Positions 37,441-50,918 of a stretch of 64,000 nt of DNA are shown one piece after another. The stretch comes from Mobula hypostoma (Eukaryota). The number at the start of each line of letters is the position of its first letter. The first letter of the stretch is position 1. Position numbers and translations under genes: made by a program. The notes beneath the pieces were generated by a model, which saw nothing but the letters and a program-made list of their open reading frames with translations, ran no database searches and was not told the DNA's origin. The DNA is taken from positions 83,330,001 to 83,394,000 of the forward strand of contig NC_086108.1 in the NCBI RefSeq assembly GCF_963921235.1, given 5' to 3'.

Positions 37441-39035
37441 GATTCAATTTGTCATAAAGCCTTACTGTGAGTAAATGATGGTGGATAGTGGGCGGCACAT
37501 TCCAAGAAATTATTCATTGGTGCTTTGAAATACTCTGACATTCCTTTAGTTTTCATTAAGATGAGTTGTGACCAAATGGAATGATTTTTGAATGTAAATT
37601 TGGCTCAGCATTTTCAAATGGCCATTTATAAAGAAAAATAAACTCAAATTAAGATCTACAATGAAGAGGGTTAATTTTGATAATGATAATACTGTCAAAA
37701 GGCAACATTAAATGGAAGTGGTAAGTGAAGTATAATGGGCAGCTAATTTGACATCCCTTGCTTTATTCCCTCATCTAGTGCCGTTGTTATGGTCTATGAG
37801 TTTAAAGAACCAGAAGCATAAAATTTAAATGTTAGAGTCATCAATTAAAGGGGGTAAAGTCCTCCCCACCATTGAGCACATTGACAGGGAGTGCTATCAC
37901 AGGAAAGCAACATCCATCAGCAGGGACCCCCACCAACCAGCTCATGTTCTCTTCTCATGGCTGCCATCAGGAAGAAGGGACAAGAGCCTCAGGTTCAGGA
38001 ATAGTTATTATCCCTCAGACATCAGGCTCTTGAACCAAAGGGGATAACTTCACTCACCCCCCATCACCGAAATGTTCCCACAACCAAAGGACTCACTTTC
38101 AAGGACTCTTCATCTCATGTTCTCAATATTTATTGCTTATATTCTTAGCATCATTTCTTTCTTTTTGTATTTGCACAATTTGTTGTCTTTAGCACACTGG
38201 TTGAGTGCCCTGTTGGTACAGTCTTTCATTGATTATATTATAATTATTATTCTTTAATGGATTTATTGAGTATGCCCACTAGAAAATTAATCTCAGGATT
38301 TTATATGGTGACATATATATACTTTGATAATAAATTTACTTTGAACTTTGATCAATTAATTGGTGCTGAACAGAACTACTAATTTATTTTTCCATCCTGT
38401 ATTAAAATATAAAATATTAACTTCTCAATAGATTTTTGCCCAATTCATTATCCTTGTGGTAGTTCAAAATAGTTGTAAAATTACAAGAGTATTGCATTTA
38501 GCTATAAGATACTTATCTAAGCAATTTTATGTTTAACATATTTATTCTGTCAGTGGGATTATGAATGTCACTACATCGTGATTTTTGTTTCTACTATTGA
38601 TTACATATTCAGAGTCTTATTTTGTTGTCCTAACAGATTAACTCTCTTGTCTGTTTAGAACTGAACTGAGGGAAATAACAATAAAGGATCCTTTCTGCGA
38701 TCTACCGAGAGAGAGAGAGAGTGATGAATTATGCAAAAAGAGATCAGAATATTAAGTGTGGCACTCCCCTCAGTAAACATTGAATTCACATATGGATTCA
38801 GAGAATTTAATGTTTGCTCTGCTTTAGTTGTCTATTACAGAACACCTCATTCACAGTGGAAATATCCAGTAATTTTGGAACCTTGCATAACTGATTTATG
38901 CCTAAACCTCTAGGGGCACGCTCAATTGTAGGAGCCACTTCAGATCCAATCAAAGGTGTATTTGTTCATCTTGTAACACACATCAAAGTTGCTGGTGAAT
39001 GCAGCAGGCCAGGCAGCATCTCTAGGAAGGGGTAC

Positions 39036-39071
39036 AGTCGACGTTTCGGGCCGAGACCCTTCGTCAGGACT
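39036..39071 (-). ncRNA. Minimal type I hammerhead ribozyme motif
   Basis: AGUC-CUGACGA-AGGG-UCUCGG-CCC-GAAACGUC-GACU. Confidence 0.8.
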
Positions 39072-39173
39072 AACTGAAGGAAGAGCTAGTAAAGAGATTT
39101 GAAAGTGGGAACGGGAGGGGGAGGGGGAGGGGGAGATCCCATTTTCAATCTCTTACTAGCTCTTCCTTCAGTT

Positions 39174-39209
39174 AGTCCTGACGAAGGGTCTCGGCCCGAA
39201 ACGTCGACT
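39174..39209 (+). ncRNA. Minimal type I hammerhead ribozyme motif
   Basis: AGUC-CUGACGA-AGGG-UCUCGG-CCC-GAAACGUC-GACU. Confidence 0.8.
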
Positions 39210-42199
39210 GTACCCCTTCCTAGAGATGCTGCCTGGCCTGCTGCGTTCAACAGCAACTTTGATGTGTGTTGCTTGAATTTCCAGCATCTGCAGAATTCCT
39301 CATGTTTACGTTTTTGTTCATCTTGTAAGTCTTTTTTTACAATTGCAAGTCACTGCTGAATACTAAAAACCATCAAGTGCTGCAGGGCTATCCCATCGGA
39401 GAGTTGCTCATAACAATGCATTATTGAGTTGTCACCTGGACTCGTTGCATACCATTGTGCTAAGTGGGTGCGTGATCCAAAAAAAAGAGTGAGTGATTGC
39501 CTTGCATGTTTTCATTATGATTGCAAGACGCTGTTGGACATTAGTAACTTAGAAAACTGCCAGGTCATTTCACTAGCGAGATTTACAGCCGGGGAGCTGT
39601 GTTGCCTTAGTTGTGACAAGGATTAGGACTAGGCTTAGGCCACAGTATTTCTTGTTACAGCCATCCAGGGGTGGAGAGCCGAGGTGGTGTGGGGAGAGAG
39701 CTGCTGGGTGCCCTGAAACCAATACTGGTTGGAGATTGGCCTCTTCTGTCCGTGCTGTGCTCCAGTGTTTGCTCAGTACTGCCCTCTGGTGTTTTATCAA
39801 TGGAAGAATAAACCGGACCGGGACAATCTACAGCCATACCACTCAAGGACTTGGGTTATATATTTTTTCTTTGTGATTGTACGTTCTTCTGAAATTGTAA
39901 CCATAAGTACTTTTGCAATATGTACTTAATGCAGTGTGCTGTTAGCAATGTGTTTTGCAACTTGGCCCCAGAGGAACACTGTTTTGTTTGGCTATATTAA
40001 TTGTATGGTTGAATGATAATTGAACTTGAAACTGCTGACAATTAGAGCCATGAAGTAAAGCAGGAGGAGCATTAAAAATTTAAAAGATGCAACCTTGGTA
40101 TGCCATCTCTGTGCATCTTTCATTGTTAATCATCTAATGTAACTTTACACCTTAGAGCACCAGTTGCTTTACTGGATATGTAGATTCTACTGTTGCGCTT
40201 CAAATGACATTACTGCCTGCATTATGTCAGTTCTAATTTGTTCCCAATGGTTCCACATCTTCAACACTAGAAAGGAACTTGGCCATCATCCAAAATCATT
40301 GTCATACCCTGTCGTTTTAATGCGACTGTTCTCAAGTAGATCAGAGGAATTCATTTATTCTTACATTGATTCATAAAGTTTAAACCTAAAGAGAAACTTT
40401 TAACAAAGGCATTCAAATAGGGTAATTAGAAATAGTAAAATTTAGAAATCATCGGAAAATATCTGAACCTTGTAGGACAAATATTGAAGCAATATTATCA
40501 AGATTATTATTATCAAGAGTAATTTCCATTCTGGAAATAAAACCAGACACATATAAACACAAGAGATCGTGCAGATGCTGGAAATCTTGAGCAGCACACT
40601 CAAAATGATGGAGGAACTCAACAAGTCAGGCAGCACCAATGGAGAGGAATAAACAGTTGACGTTTCAGGCCAAGACCCTTCATCAATTTTGTTAAGAATT
40701 GTAAAATACAGGGTGTAAATGAATCGAAATTTTTTAAAAAAAGATTTGAATGAAGATACTGTAGATCTTGCAATCATTTTGAGTTTCTTTACTTCTTGGA
40801 AATATTTCTGAGAGCATTCAGAAAGGAGCGAAGGTCCATTTATCCACTGCTTCAGTGAGAGAGAGAGAAAAAAAACCACCTTAACTTCTGGGATTTTGTG
40901 GTTAAAAAATAATCACAGAAACGGCTGATTAGCCTGAAAGTCACAGGAGTTTTCTTTTATTGACCACAAATACCTCCAGAAGTACATCCTATACAATAGT
41001 ATGGCTACTAATCTGACCTTAGAAAGGCTACAACAAGGTATAATGTTAATGCAATAGTCTTTAATTTATCTTCATGCTAATTAGGATCACTGCTTTTTGC
41101 CTAGTGTCCATCTTATTTTGACAGCAATCCACGGTCTCTGTACCAAAATCAAATATTTTCATTAGGTTCAATGAAACAAATTTAAGAATATTTCCGTCAA
41201 GAAAATGACGTGCAAATGAAGAAAGTAACAGAAATTTTTATCGAGCTCAGAAAATGCCCAAGGCATTACATAAGACAAATAACGATATTTGTCAAGTAAG
41301 GAGATCAATGATAATCAAAACCTACCTTAGAAGGAAAAAAGAAAGGTAAGAAGCAGAAACATTAAAAAGGAAATTTCTAGCCTTTCAGTCCATGCATCTG
41401 AAGGCACTTTCCTAATTGGGGAGCAACATAATTCAGCTGGGATTAAGGGGACAGAACAACAGACATGTCCAAGTCCCTAAGGGTTACAGCTCTGCTTGGG
41501 ATTATTAAAATAGGGAGGGAGTGAGGACAGTTAGCAATTGAAAACAAAAGTCAAAACACACTGGAGCCAATATAAGTTAGAAAACACAATGCCAGCAAAT
41601 GAATGGCAGCTGGTATAAGACCAAACAAGCCAAAGACTAGGAGAGTAGCCAAATAGTGTCATTATTCTGCAAGAACAGGGGATCAATGATCAATAACAGG
41701 ATATCAATAATCAATAAGTCACATGTAACAGACAAGACACCACACTATAGTAACTTCGCTTGGCATTAGAACAGAACAAAGATTACATTAGAATTTTTAA
41801 AAAACGGGACACTATCTTATCGTTCTGCTAGTGCCAGAGATGATGATCTTAATATCACCCACCCCATGGCAGCTATCAATCTTCAACTATGCCATTCAAT
41901 AATTAAAATTATTACTTTATCACAGAATTTCCTTTTGTAGACCTTGTCTTAATATCAATGATCTTTCAGCATCATATCAATTAAAACACAAAAGAAGAAT
42001 GATTTAATCATGTGTTTGAAAATGGTTTAGACCTGGCGTCCATGGAGCTCCTGGTTAATGGTAGGAGACCCATGACATAATAAAGGTTGGGAGCCCTGGT
42101 GTAGCGGGCAAGGGACAGGTTCATAGCTAAGGTAGAACTAACATTTGAAGAGGAAGATAAAATCCATCCAGAGATTGATTGAATAATGTACTTAGTACC

Positions 42200-45115
42200 A
42201 ACGGTGGGAAAATTAATGATATCCCCATTAAAGAAACAAATAGGGAAAGAAAGCTACAAATTAAATATTTAATATTGAATCGTCAGCAGGGATTTTGAAA
42301 GCAAAGACCTTGCTCAATCAATCTCATTGAATTTTTCCATAGATGAGCTGTGGGCACTGGCAATACAGTAGATATAACTTATCTGGATCTTCAGAATGTA
42401 CTTTCAATAATGTCCCCCATAATAAACTAATAAAGTCAGAAAATGTAAATTTGATTTAAGTCTGTAAAACTGAGTGAAAATGGAGTCTGTGCAGACTGTT
42501 CCTCTACATCAAGGGTTCTCAGCCTTTTTTATGCCATGGACCAATACCATTAGCAAAGGGTCTGTAGAAGAAGGGAGATAGGTGAGTTTCATAACACTGC
42601 TATCAGCACCAAATGGTGCCAATTTATGTTACTAAATCAGGCTTTGGAACCAAGAACCTAATTTTCAAATTGGCAGATGATACCAAACTGGAGGAGGGTG
42701 ATATTCATCACCGAGGACGAAGGGAACAAATGACATTAGTGAGCTTCAGAATGGATGGAAATGGCAGGCGAGGCTCCATGTGGATAAATGCAGGACAATC
42801 AGTTTTGATAGGAAGAATAGGGATTCACCTGGAAGATTTGAAACAGGGGAACAAAGGGGTTTCAGTGTACAAATACATCTGTCACTAGAAGGTTTACTAC
42901 CGTCCAGCAGGTTTATAATGAAGCCAAAGCAAACATTTGAGAGCAATTTGAAAGATTCTGACCATCTCTTCTATCCACGTTTATCTTATGATCTTATAAA
43001 CCTCAGCCTCCTATTCTTCAGTGAGAATAAACCCAGCCTATTTAATCTCTCTTGTCATCCCCCCTTTTATACTCAATGCCTCCCTGTGAAGGCACCTTTT
43101 TTCACTTACGTTGCCACCTACATTGAGCTATGAACTTGTACCCCAAGGTCTCTCTGTACTTCACTGATCTTAAGGTCCCTGCCATTTATCCTAGGTCTTC
43201 AACACCTCACAATTGCCCAGAATTTAAATTGGAGCTTAATCTGGATTTTGTTAGGTGCAGCACTTTACAGATCAAGTGAAAGGGGAACACTATACAACTA
43301 TGGCCAGACTATACAGCTAATGGCAAGACAACTTTGATGTACCGAGAAGTCTAGGGGTTCACCCTGAAAGTGGCAACACAAGCAGAGTGATAAAGATGGC
43401 ATTAGCAAGCTCACCTTCACTGCCAAGGACAAAGAGTTTGAAAGTCAGGATATCGTGATGCTATTGTATCAAACATTGGTTAGGGTGCACTTGGTTTAGT
43501 GCATGCAGTTCTGGTTGCCTCATTACAGGAAGGTTTAAGGTGAGGGGGAAGTATAAAAGAGTCATGCAGAACAATTTTTGTTTTACACAAAGAGTGGTAG
43601 GAGCCTGGAATTTGCTGCCAGGTGTGGTAGTAGGAGCAAACATAATATTCAAGAAGCTTTTAGATAGAGATTAGTTTAATCTGGCATCATGTTCAGCTGG
43701 AAACTGTGGGCAGAAGGGCCTGTTTCCGTTTTGTACCATACTACATCCTGTTAGAATTTGACTTCCCAAACTGCGATATCTCACATGTCTGTACTAAATT
43801 CCATCTGCATACACCAAAATTTTCAGCTGATCTATGTCCCACTGCGTCCTTGGACAAATTTAATCATTATCCACAACTCCTCTAAATTTTTGTCATCTGA
43901 AAATTTATTAACCATACCATATATATCCAAGTCATTAATATAAATCACAAACAACAAAAGTCTCTGCACTAATCCCTGAGGTACACAATGCTATAGATTT
44001 CTGATCAGACAAACACTCTCCACCACTATCCTCTGCCTCCTGTCACCAAGCCAATTTTAAAGTCAATTTGCCAAGAAGCATCTAATCCCTTGTGCCTTAA
44101 ACTGCTGGACCAGCCTACCTTGTCAAAAGCCTCATTAAAGTCAGCAGAAGCTATGTTTACTGTTCTAACTTCAACAATTTTCTAGATATTACAGATATCA
44201 GGCTTGGAAACCTTACAATGTGCTTGCAAACAATTTCCCTCCCATCCTACTCTTTTTGTACTTTAATCAACCAATTAAATCACTTAGAATTCCCAAATGT
44301 TCAATCAATAGTCAAAATGAACAAAATCAACAGTGCAATCTGGAGAAAGCATGATGTCATCATTCAGTATTTCATCTATTTTCTCTCTAATCCATGCAGA
44401 GCATAACACATAAACAAATTCAATACATTATTTATTAAACTTTTCACTACCATTTCCTGAGTTGGCAAATTATCTTGCTGACAAGGCACAATGTTTGGAC
44501 TAACACAAGATTTCTGATTCGCCGTTTTCTCTAGCAACAAATGAATGTCTCAGGTTTCCCAAATACCATTTTTCATTGGTTTCTAAAAACAAAAGTTACT
44601 TCCTTTGGCAGCATGTACAATCTGATCACTCGGTAGTGACCCAGCATTACATGGTTATGCAGGGAAAGCTTGGGCAGCATCTGCGGAACGAGAAACAGTT
44701 AACACATCATCACAACCGGGAAACAGAGGAGTTAGAGAGCAGCAGGATCTGGACCAGCTGGAAAAACAGCTGATGGAATTTAATGCAGCCATATGAGAGG
44801 TGTGCACTTTGAGAAGACCAACCAGGTATAGGTAGGGTAAACGCAAGCAGGTTTTTTCCACTGAGGTTGGGTGAGACTTGACACGGGTTAAGGGTGAAGG
44901 GTAAAATATTCCAGGGGTACATGAGAGGGAACTTCTTCACTCAGAATGTTGTGACAGAGTGGAATGAGCTGCCAACGGAAGTGGTGGATGTGGGATCGAT
45001 TTCAACATTTAAGAGATATTTGGACAAGTACATGGATGGGAGGGGTATGGAGGCGTATGGTCTGGGTACAGGTCAATGGGACTGCACAAAATTATAGTTT
45101 GGCACAAACTAGATT
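42200..45115. mobile_element. Cluster of degenerate CR1 fragments
   Basis: KLADDTKL, RGNFFTQNVVTEWNELP and related motifs. Confidence 0.65.
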
Positions 45116-46365
45116 TTGTTTTTAAATAAACAAAATAATCTTTATTCATAATAAGAACACTGCTTTGCTTTTAGTTTAGTTGCACGGTGGGTTTTTTTTT
45201 GGGGTTTTTTTGGGGTTTTTTTTTCCTTTTCTCTATTGATACATATATATAAAAATTAGTATACTATTATGTTACCTTAGTATGTTATGTTTAAATTACA
45301 TTGTTTGTATCATTTTTTTTCTGTATTAATATCTCCTGTAATTTTATTATATTCTAACAGTGTATTAGCGCCTATATGGCTTACCTTTTCATATACTTAT
45401 TCAATAAAAAGATTTAAAAAGAAAGAAAGAAAGAACACAAGAAATAGGAGCAGGAGTAGGCCATCTGGCCTGTCAAGCCTGCTCCGCCATTCAATAAAAT
45501 CATGGCTGATCTGACCATGGACTCACCTCCACCTACCTGCCTTTCCCCCATAATAAAAAATACAAGAATAAACTGTTCAATACCTTTCATTCTTTGTATA
45601 CATGGTCAATGCTTTCCCTACAGTTCTATTACATTAATACACATAGATAGTATTGCTGCCACTCATGTGATACTCTGGGGTGACTTCTTCCCGTCACCGG
45701 GCCCCTCCCTCTCCAGTAGGAGAAGAATCCTACACCATGATCCTCCCCCATCAAGCCCCTGCAGTGGCTGCACCAAGCTACAGTGTGTCCCTCAGCATGT
45801 ACTCCTGAAGCCTGGAATATGCCAGTTGCCTTTCTTCCATGGACATCTTGATGTGCTGGTAGACCAACAAGTTTTGGGAAGACCAAAAAGGGTCTTTCAC
45901 TGAGCTGATGATCTGCCAGCAGCACTTGATAACTGTTTACATGTGTGTCCCTGGGTCAGCCCGTAGATCGAGGGTCCTTGATTCAAAACTTTAACTACAA
46001 CGTTTGTATTTCCTTTTCCACAGGTGCAGCCTGTGTCTTCCCAGCACTTTCTGTTTTTATTTCAGATTTCCTGCAACTATTTTTTTTAAAGATTACTTAG
46101 CTATTCTGGAGAATGTCATTCCTGCTTCAGAAGGATTACTGCAATAAAAGCAGACCTCTGGTTATTGATTTGAAATGTTCATTCCATTTTTCTCTGTACA
46201 CAAGTGCTGCCAGGTTTGCTGAACTTTTCTAGCACCTACAGCGTTTTGCTTTTGTGTTTATTGTCAAAGAATTTGGTCCTGCTTAATTTTTGATTTGGTT
46301 ACTGCTTTCTTTGAACACGTGCCCTTTTATCCCCTTACCTGAGCCGTCACTGAAGTGATTTTAAC

Positions 46366-46441
46366 TAGGGGTTCCAAACCTTTTTTTTTTAAATGCCATG
46401 GAGCCTTACCGTTAACTATGGACCCCAGGTTGGAACCCCTG
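46366..46441. mobile_element. Small hAT-like MITE
   Basis: TIRs taggggttccaa / ttggaacccctg; related pieces at ~42065-42100 and ~42512-42567. Confidence 0.55.
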
Positions 46442-46845
46442 ATTTAGATTAAGAACAGCGACCAACTCAATTTAAAATCCATTTGCTGGTATTTCAATAA
46501 AAACATCAGCAAAACATAAAGATGACGATGAAGAAATAAATTTCTTAAAAAATAAAATTAAGTTAAATTCAGATATCATGGGGACACAGCAGATTAAGCA
46601 AAAGAAAAGTGAGAAGGGACAGGCTTGTATGTTTAAAAAAAACAATGTAAGAAATTGGAAACTGGCTGGGATGGGACAAAGGTAGGAACAGATTGACATT
46701 TTCTCCTCAACAGTATTTCACCGCTGCTAATAACTCCACATGCAAAAATATGAGAACTTGCATATCATTCACAAATAATTACAACACCATACTTATACAA
46801 AATCAACCAGACAAGCAGACTCACAATAGGTGTAAATAAACATAC

Positions 46846-47048
46846 CAGAGGCTCCAACTCCCGCTCATCTATCAGGTCAAACTCGGTCACAAAGTAGTAG
46901 AAATGTTTGTAGCATGTATTTACGTGGGCTTCAGCTCCCATCGTGGTAATCCGATCAAAGTGATGGATGTAAACATGTACAAAGACACGAAAAAGTCTGG
47001 TGAGAATCTTCTTACAAAGCTGCATGAAATTCTTAGGGAAGGGGACAC
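46846..47048 (-). CDS. MOB3C: MOB kinase activator 3, penultimate coding exon (203 nt)
   Basis: Translates to (G)[67 protein letters not shown]. Acceptor tgtttcactAG (47049-50), donor GTATGT (from 46845). The 203-nt size and phase 1/0 match vertebrate MOB3 gene structure. ILTRLF and RELEPL favour MOB3C over MOB3A/B; the paralog call is less certain than the family call. Confidence 0.93.
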
Positions 47049-47248
47049 CTAGTGAAACAGAAACGGAAGCAGAAAAATAGTAAATATAAAGGGTTGGAGG
47101 AAAGAACCCCTTGCACACATAAAAAGCTTTACAATATCACTTTAAGGATTCTCCTCCGAGGCAGCAGAGCAATAGAACAAGGATACGAATTTGGAAAACT
47201 GAGCCCGCCCTCAAATACTGAAAGGTCATCAAACTTCATGTAGTTATG

Positions 47249-47527
47249 AACACAAGAAAAACTGCAGATGCTGGAAATCCAAAGCAACACAAACAAAAAT
47301 GCTCTAGGAGTCAGAGTAAGAAGGTGGGGGGAGGGGAGGAAGAAGTACAAGGTAGCAGATGATAGGTGAAGCCGGGAGAGGGGGAAGGGGGGGCTGAAGC
47401 AAAGAACTGGGAAGTTGATTGGTGAAAAAGATAAAGGACTGGGAGGGGTTTGATAGGAGAGGACAGAAGACCAGGGCAGGAAGGGAAGTGGGAGGAGCAC
47501 CAGAGGGAGGTGATCGGGGGTGATAGA
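47249..47527 (-). mobile_element. Penelope-like pLTR copy lacking the hammerhead segment
   Basis: Family 3' end (ctgcagatgctggaaatcc) joined directly to the purine-rich tract; 13-bp TSD tcatgtagttatg (47236-48, 47528-40). Confidence 0.7.
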
Positions 47528-50334
47528 TCATGTAGTTATGGAAGGAGCTTGAATAAATACATAGGTCAGGTTCATTGTTTCAGAATGACAGAATAAGTTA
47601 AGGTCATTTTTTATTATATCAGATTTCAAGACTTGTGAATCATTTTGGAATCACATTTAGTTGAATTTACTGCTATGAGTGCAGAGGTATAAGAAAACAC
47701 TTGCAGCATAGCATCATACAAGCAGGGTTCACAAGAAAAACATAAATTAAGCATAAATGATACTGAAATATTACAATAAAGAACATAAATTAAGCATAAA
47801 TTAATTTTAAAAAATTAAGCAAAGACACAATGGTCTCTTTACATTATATGGGTTTACAAAGAATACGATATAGAACCAGGGTACTGGACCCAGCCATCTA
47901 TGCTAATATCTGTGTTCCATTCAATTGCCCTGCTCGATTTTCTTGTCCAAGACAATTAGCAGAGCCCTCTATTCACCTCTCCCTCAAGAACACATCCAGG
48001 TTCCCCTTTAATACAAAAAACTCGTGAATGCAACCACTCCTTCTGGTAGGGAGGGAATTCCTCATTCTTCTTGAGAAGTGTCTTAGGTATTTCCTTGGCG
48101 TCTATCGTATATCAGGGCCTCTAGTTTTGCTGTTCCCCACAAATGGAAACATTCTCTCTGAATCCACTGTCAGAGGCCTTCTTCATTTTACCTGTCAACC
48201 TTCTTTTCTCAAGAGGAAAGGACGCTGACTGTTGATCCCTTGCTGATATGTAGATCTTAAGATTTCAGGTATCATTTTTGCAAATCTACTCTGCAATGCC
48301 TCTATTTCCTTTTTAAAATAAGGCAACCCAAACTGCATGCAGCATGTGATCTATTCATGGTTTAATGTAGAGCTAGTGTAATTTCCTTACTTTTCATTGT
48401 CCCACGATGTTATGCTGATCTTTCAACCTACTCCAAGATCAAATTTCGATTTCTTTTCTCCTGAACTAAACTCACATTTTTCCTTTGACATATTTAAGCC
48501 CCTATTAAACTCCTCTCTCCTCACCCTCGACTGCATCCATAACTTACAAGTTATAATATCCTTCCAGGTTCTTCAAAATTACTAAACATGACATTAGTTT
48601 TGCTATAATTGTGGAACAGAAGCATGCAGCCCTACCACCAATGTTTCCTTGAAGTAAAGATTTAATCTAGCAAAATTAGGATTCATGTAAACAAAAATTA
48701 TATTCAAGGTTTTACAACTATTAATTAAGTAGTAATATTGGGGCAGTTGGGCTAATGCTGAACTTTACAGACTAAATTCACATAACAGAATGGTAGCACT
48801 TTATGGCACAAAAGGAGGCCTTTAAGCTCTTTGAAATTATATCAAATTGATCTTTTATAACTTCTGATTGGAAGATTTCCAAGTCCAATATTTGTGTTAA
48901 ATGGATAAGCTAAATATTTACTCACCCATCTCAAATTTTTCCCACACAACACATAATCTTTTCTAGTAAGATTTGTGAGAAATAAACATTGTCTAGTTCA
49001 CCAGAATAACACTTTTGGCTTTCTTCAAAACTGCACTTCGTATCTTTTAAGACCAGCCATGAAAACAGACAGAATATCCATTTAGCATTTTAATGAAATG
49101 AAACCACCACCAGCAGTCCAATCTCAGTACTGCATGCTGTCGCCAGATTGTGTGCACTGAAGTGAGCCTTAAACCCAAAAATCTTCTACTTGCTTTTGCT
49201 AAATCTTGAGTTACACTCATGAATGTGGTGAGAATGGCTTCTCCATTCAGAGAATGAAGAAGTCAGGAAGGAGAAGGGAACAGGAGATAAATATAGAGAG
49301 ATGCAGTTACCAAAATCCACACTGGCAAGGATGATTTGATTTTATAGTCTAAGTCTATGCTTTTCAATTGCATGCAAATTTCCCTTATTTCATGTTACTG
49401 TGAAGTAAGAAGCAGAAACATGGTTACTTTTCACAAGTGGAGAGCTTCAGTAATAAAACAACCTCTCGGTCCGAAACGCCGACCATACTTCTTCCTATGG
49501 ATGCTGCCTGGCCTGCTGTGTTCTGCCAGCATTTTGTGTGCGTTGCTTGAATTTCCAGCATCTGCAGATTTTCTCATGTTTGCGTTTTTAAATGGCAATT
49601 GACAGAATAACATTAAATCATAAGTTAATTAATTTAAGACTTTTTTGCAGCCCTGATCATAAAGGGAAAATAGATTGAAATGCCTTCTGGAATAATATTA
49701 CAATGGGGATAAATTACGCAGATAATTCGGTGAAGAACACACATACAGCCGGCTACAGTTGACCGGTCAGCGTGTTCCTGACATCTGCACCTGTGTGTTG
49801 AGACATGGAAGTCAGGACATCTGTTAATGCTTTTAATAACCTACCACGCCACATCTGAACTCAGTACTTGCTAGTCCAGGGGCAGAGCTCAGTCATGCTG
49901 TACACCACTTCTAGTCCTTTGCACTCCCGAGTTCAAAACCAAAATATCATAATTTCTTAGCACACAGGCTTTGGAAAATACATTGTGCTTACAGAGAAAT
50001 GTACTTCTATAACTATTTTAATTCTGGAGTTAAATATAATGTGCTCAATATTATGGGTAATCATTCAAGTTTATTTATCATGCAACTATTCACATGGAAA
50101 AGATGTCAACTTCCAGTCAGCACAAGGAGCAACTTTATTCATCATACACATTTAAATGGATTAGGAATTTGCTGTAGTGTGTTGGTGCAATATGCAGCAA
50201 AAACCAACATTCAACAATTACAAAGAATCACATAAAAATAAATTAAAAGCATGGATATTGAATAATATGTGCATAAATACATAAATACTGGCATCTATTT
50301 ACAATGTATCTTTCAATTAATTGCTAAAAGGTAT

Positions 50335-50612
50335 GGAGCCCTTCTCCTGTAGTATCTGCGGAATGTTCCGTGCTGACCACTGCCTGATGGATATGTGGGC
50401 AAAGGTGTTGGTCTGGATGGTAGTATGGCAATGACTAGCTGATGGAATGCTGCACGGCAACGAGGCCACACCTGTCTTTTGCAACACCGCGGACAGACAG
50501 ACCCTTGGCACGTAGTGGCACTTGGTGCCTATGCACTTTGGTTCCACAAACAGCCTGACGCAGCCACATAATCAGGATGAGGGCGACATTGGAATGTTTT
50601 TGCCCACATTAT
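50335..50612 (-). mobile_element. Tx1-like LINE ORF2 fragment
   Basis: NTFAHISIRQWSARNIPQILQEK resembles fish/shark Tx1 ORF2; a related minus-strand piece lies at ~45590-45990. Confidence 0.5.
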
Positions 50613-50617
50613 TCATC

Positions 50618-50918
50618 AATTGAGTTGCTCCACCTTGAATCCCCAGATGAACTGGGCAACCTGGAAATGCCTTAACAGACTTAGGACCGGTGTAGGTCGT
50701 TCAAATGTGTCACTAAGCAAATGGGGATATACAACCAGCTCAACAACTTGTGAATGTGGAACTGAGCCACAAACTATGCAATATCTCCAGCAATGCCCAT
50801 CGACCGAGGAAGCCTGTACTGTTGCAGATCTTGCCGGATTCAACAACAAGGCGCAAAAATGTGTCCAGTTCTGGCTGGGCCATGTATAGACTGTCCATGG
50901 ATATGATAAGAAGAAGAA
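50618..50918 (+). mobile_element. Ingi/Vingi-like non-LTR retrotransposon 3' end
   Basis: WKCLNRLRTGVGRS...KWGY...CECG...QTMQYLQQCP zinc-knuckle-like C-terminus; (aag)n tail. Confidence 0.65.

Larger units (their letters stand above)
38977..39312. mobile_element. Inverted pair of Penelope-like pLTRs
   Basis: Arms of ~130 bp in opposite orientation; 16-bp TSD tttgttcatcttgtaa (38961-76, 39313-28). Confidence 0.88.
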
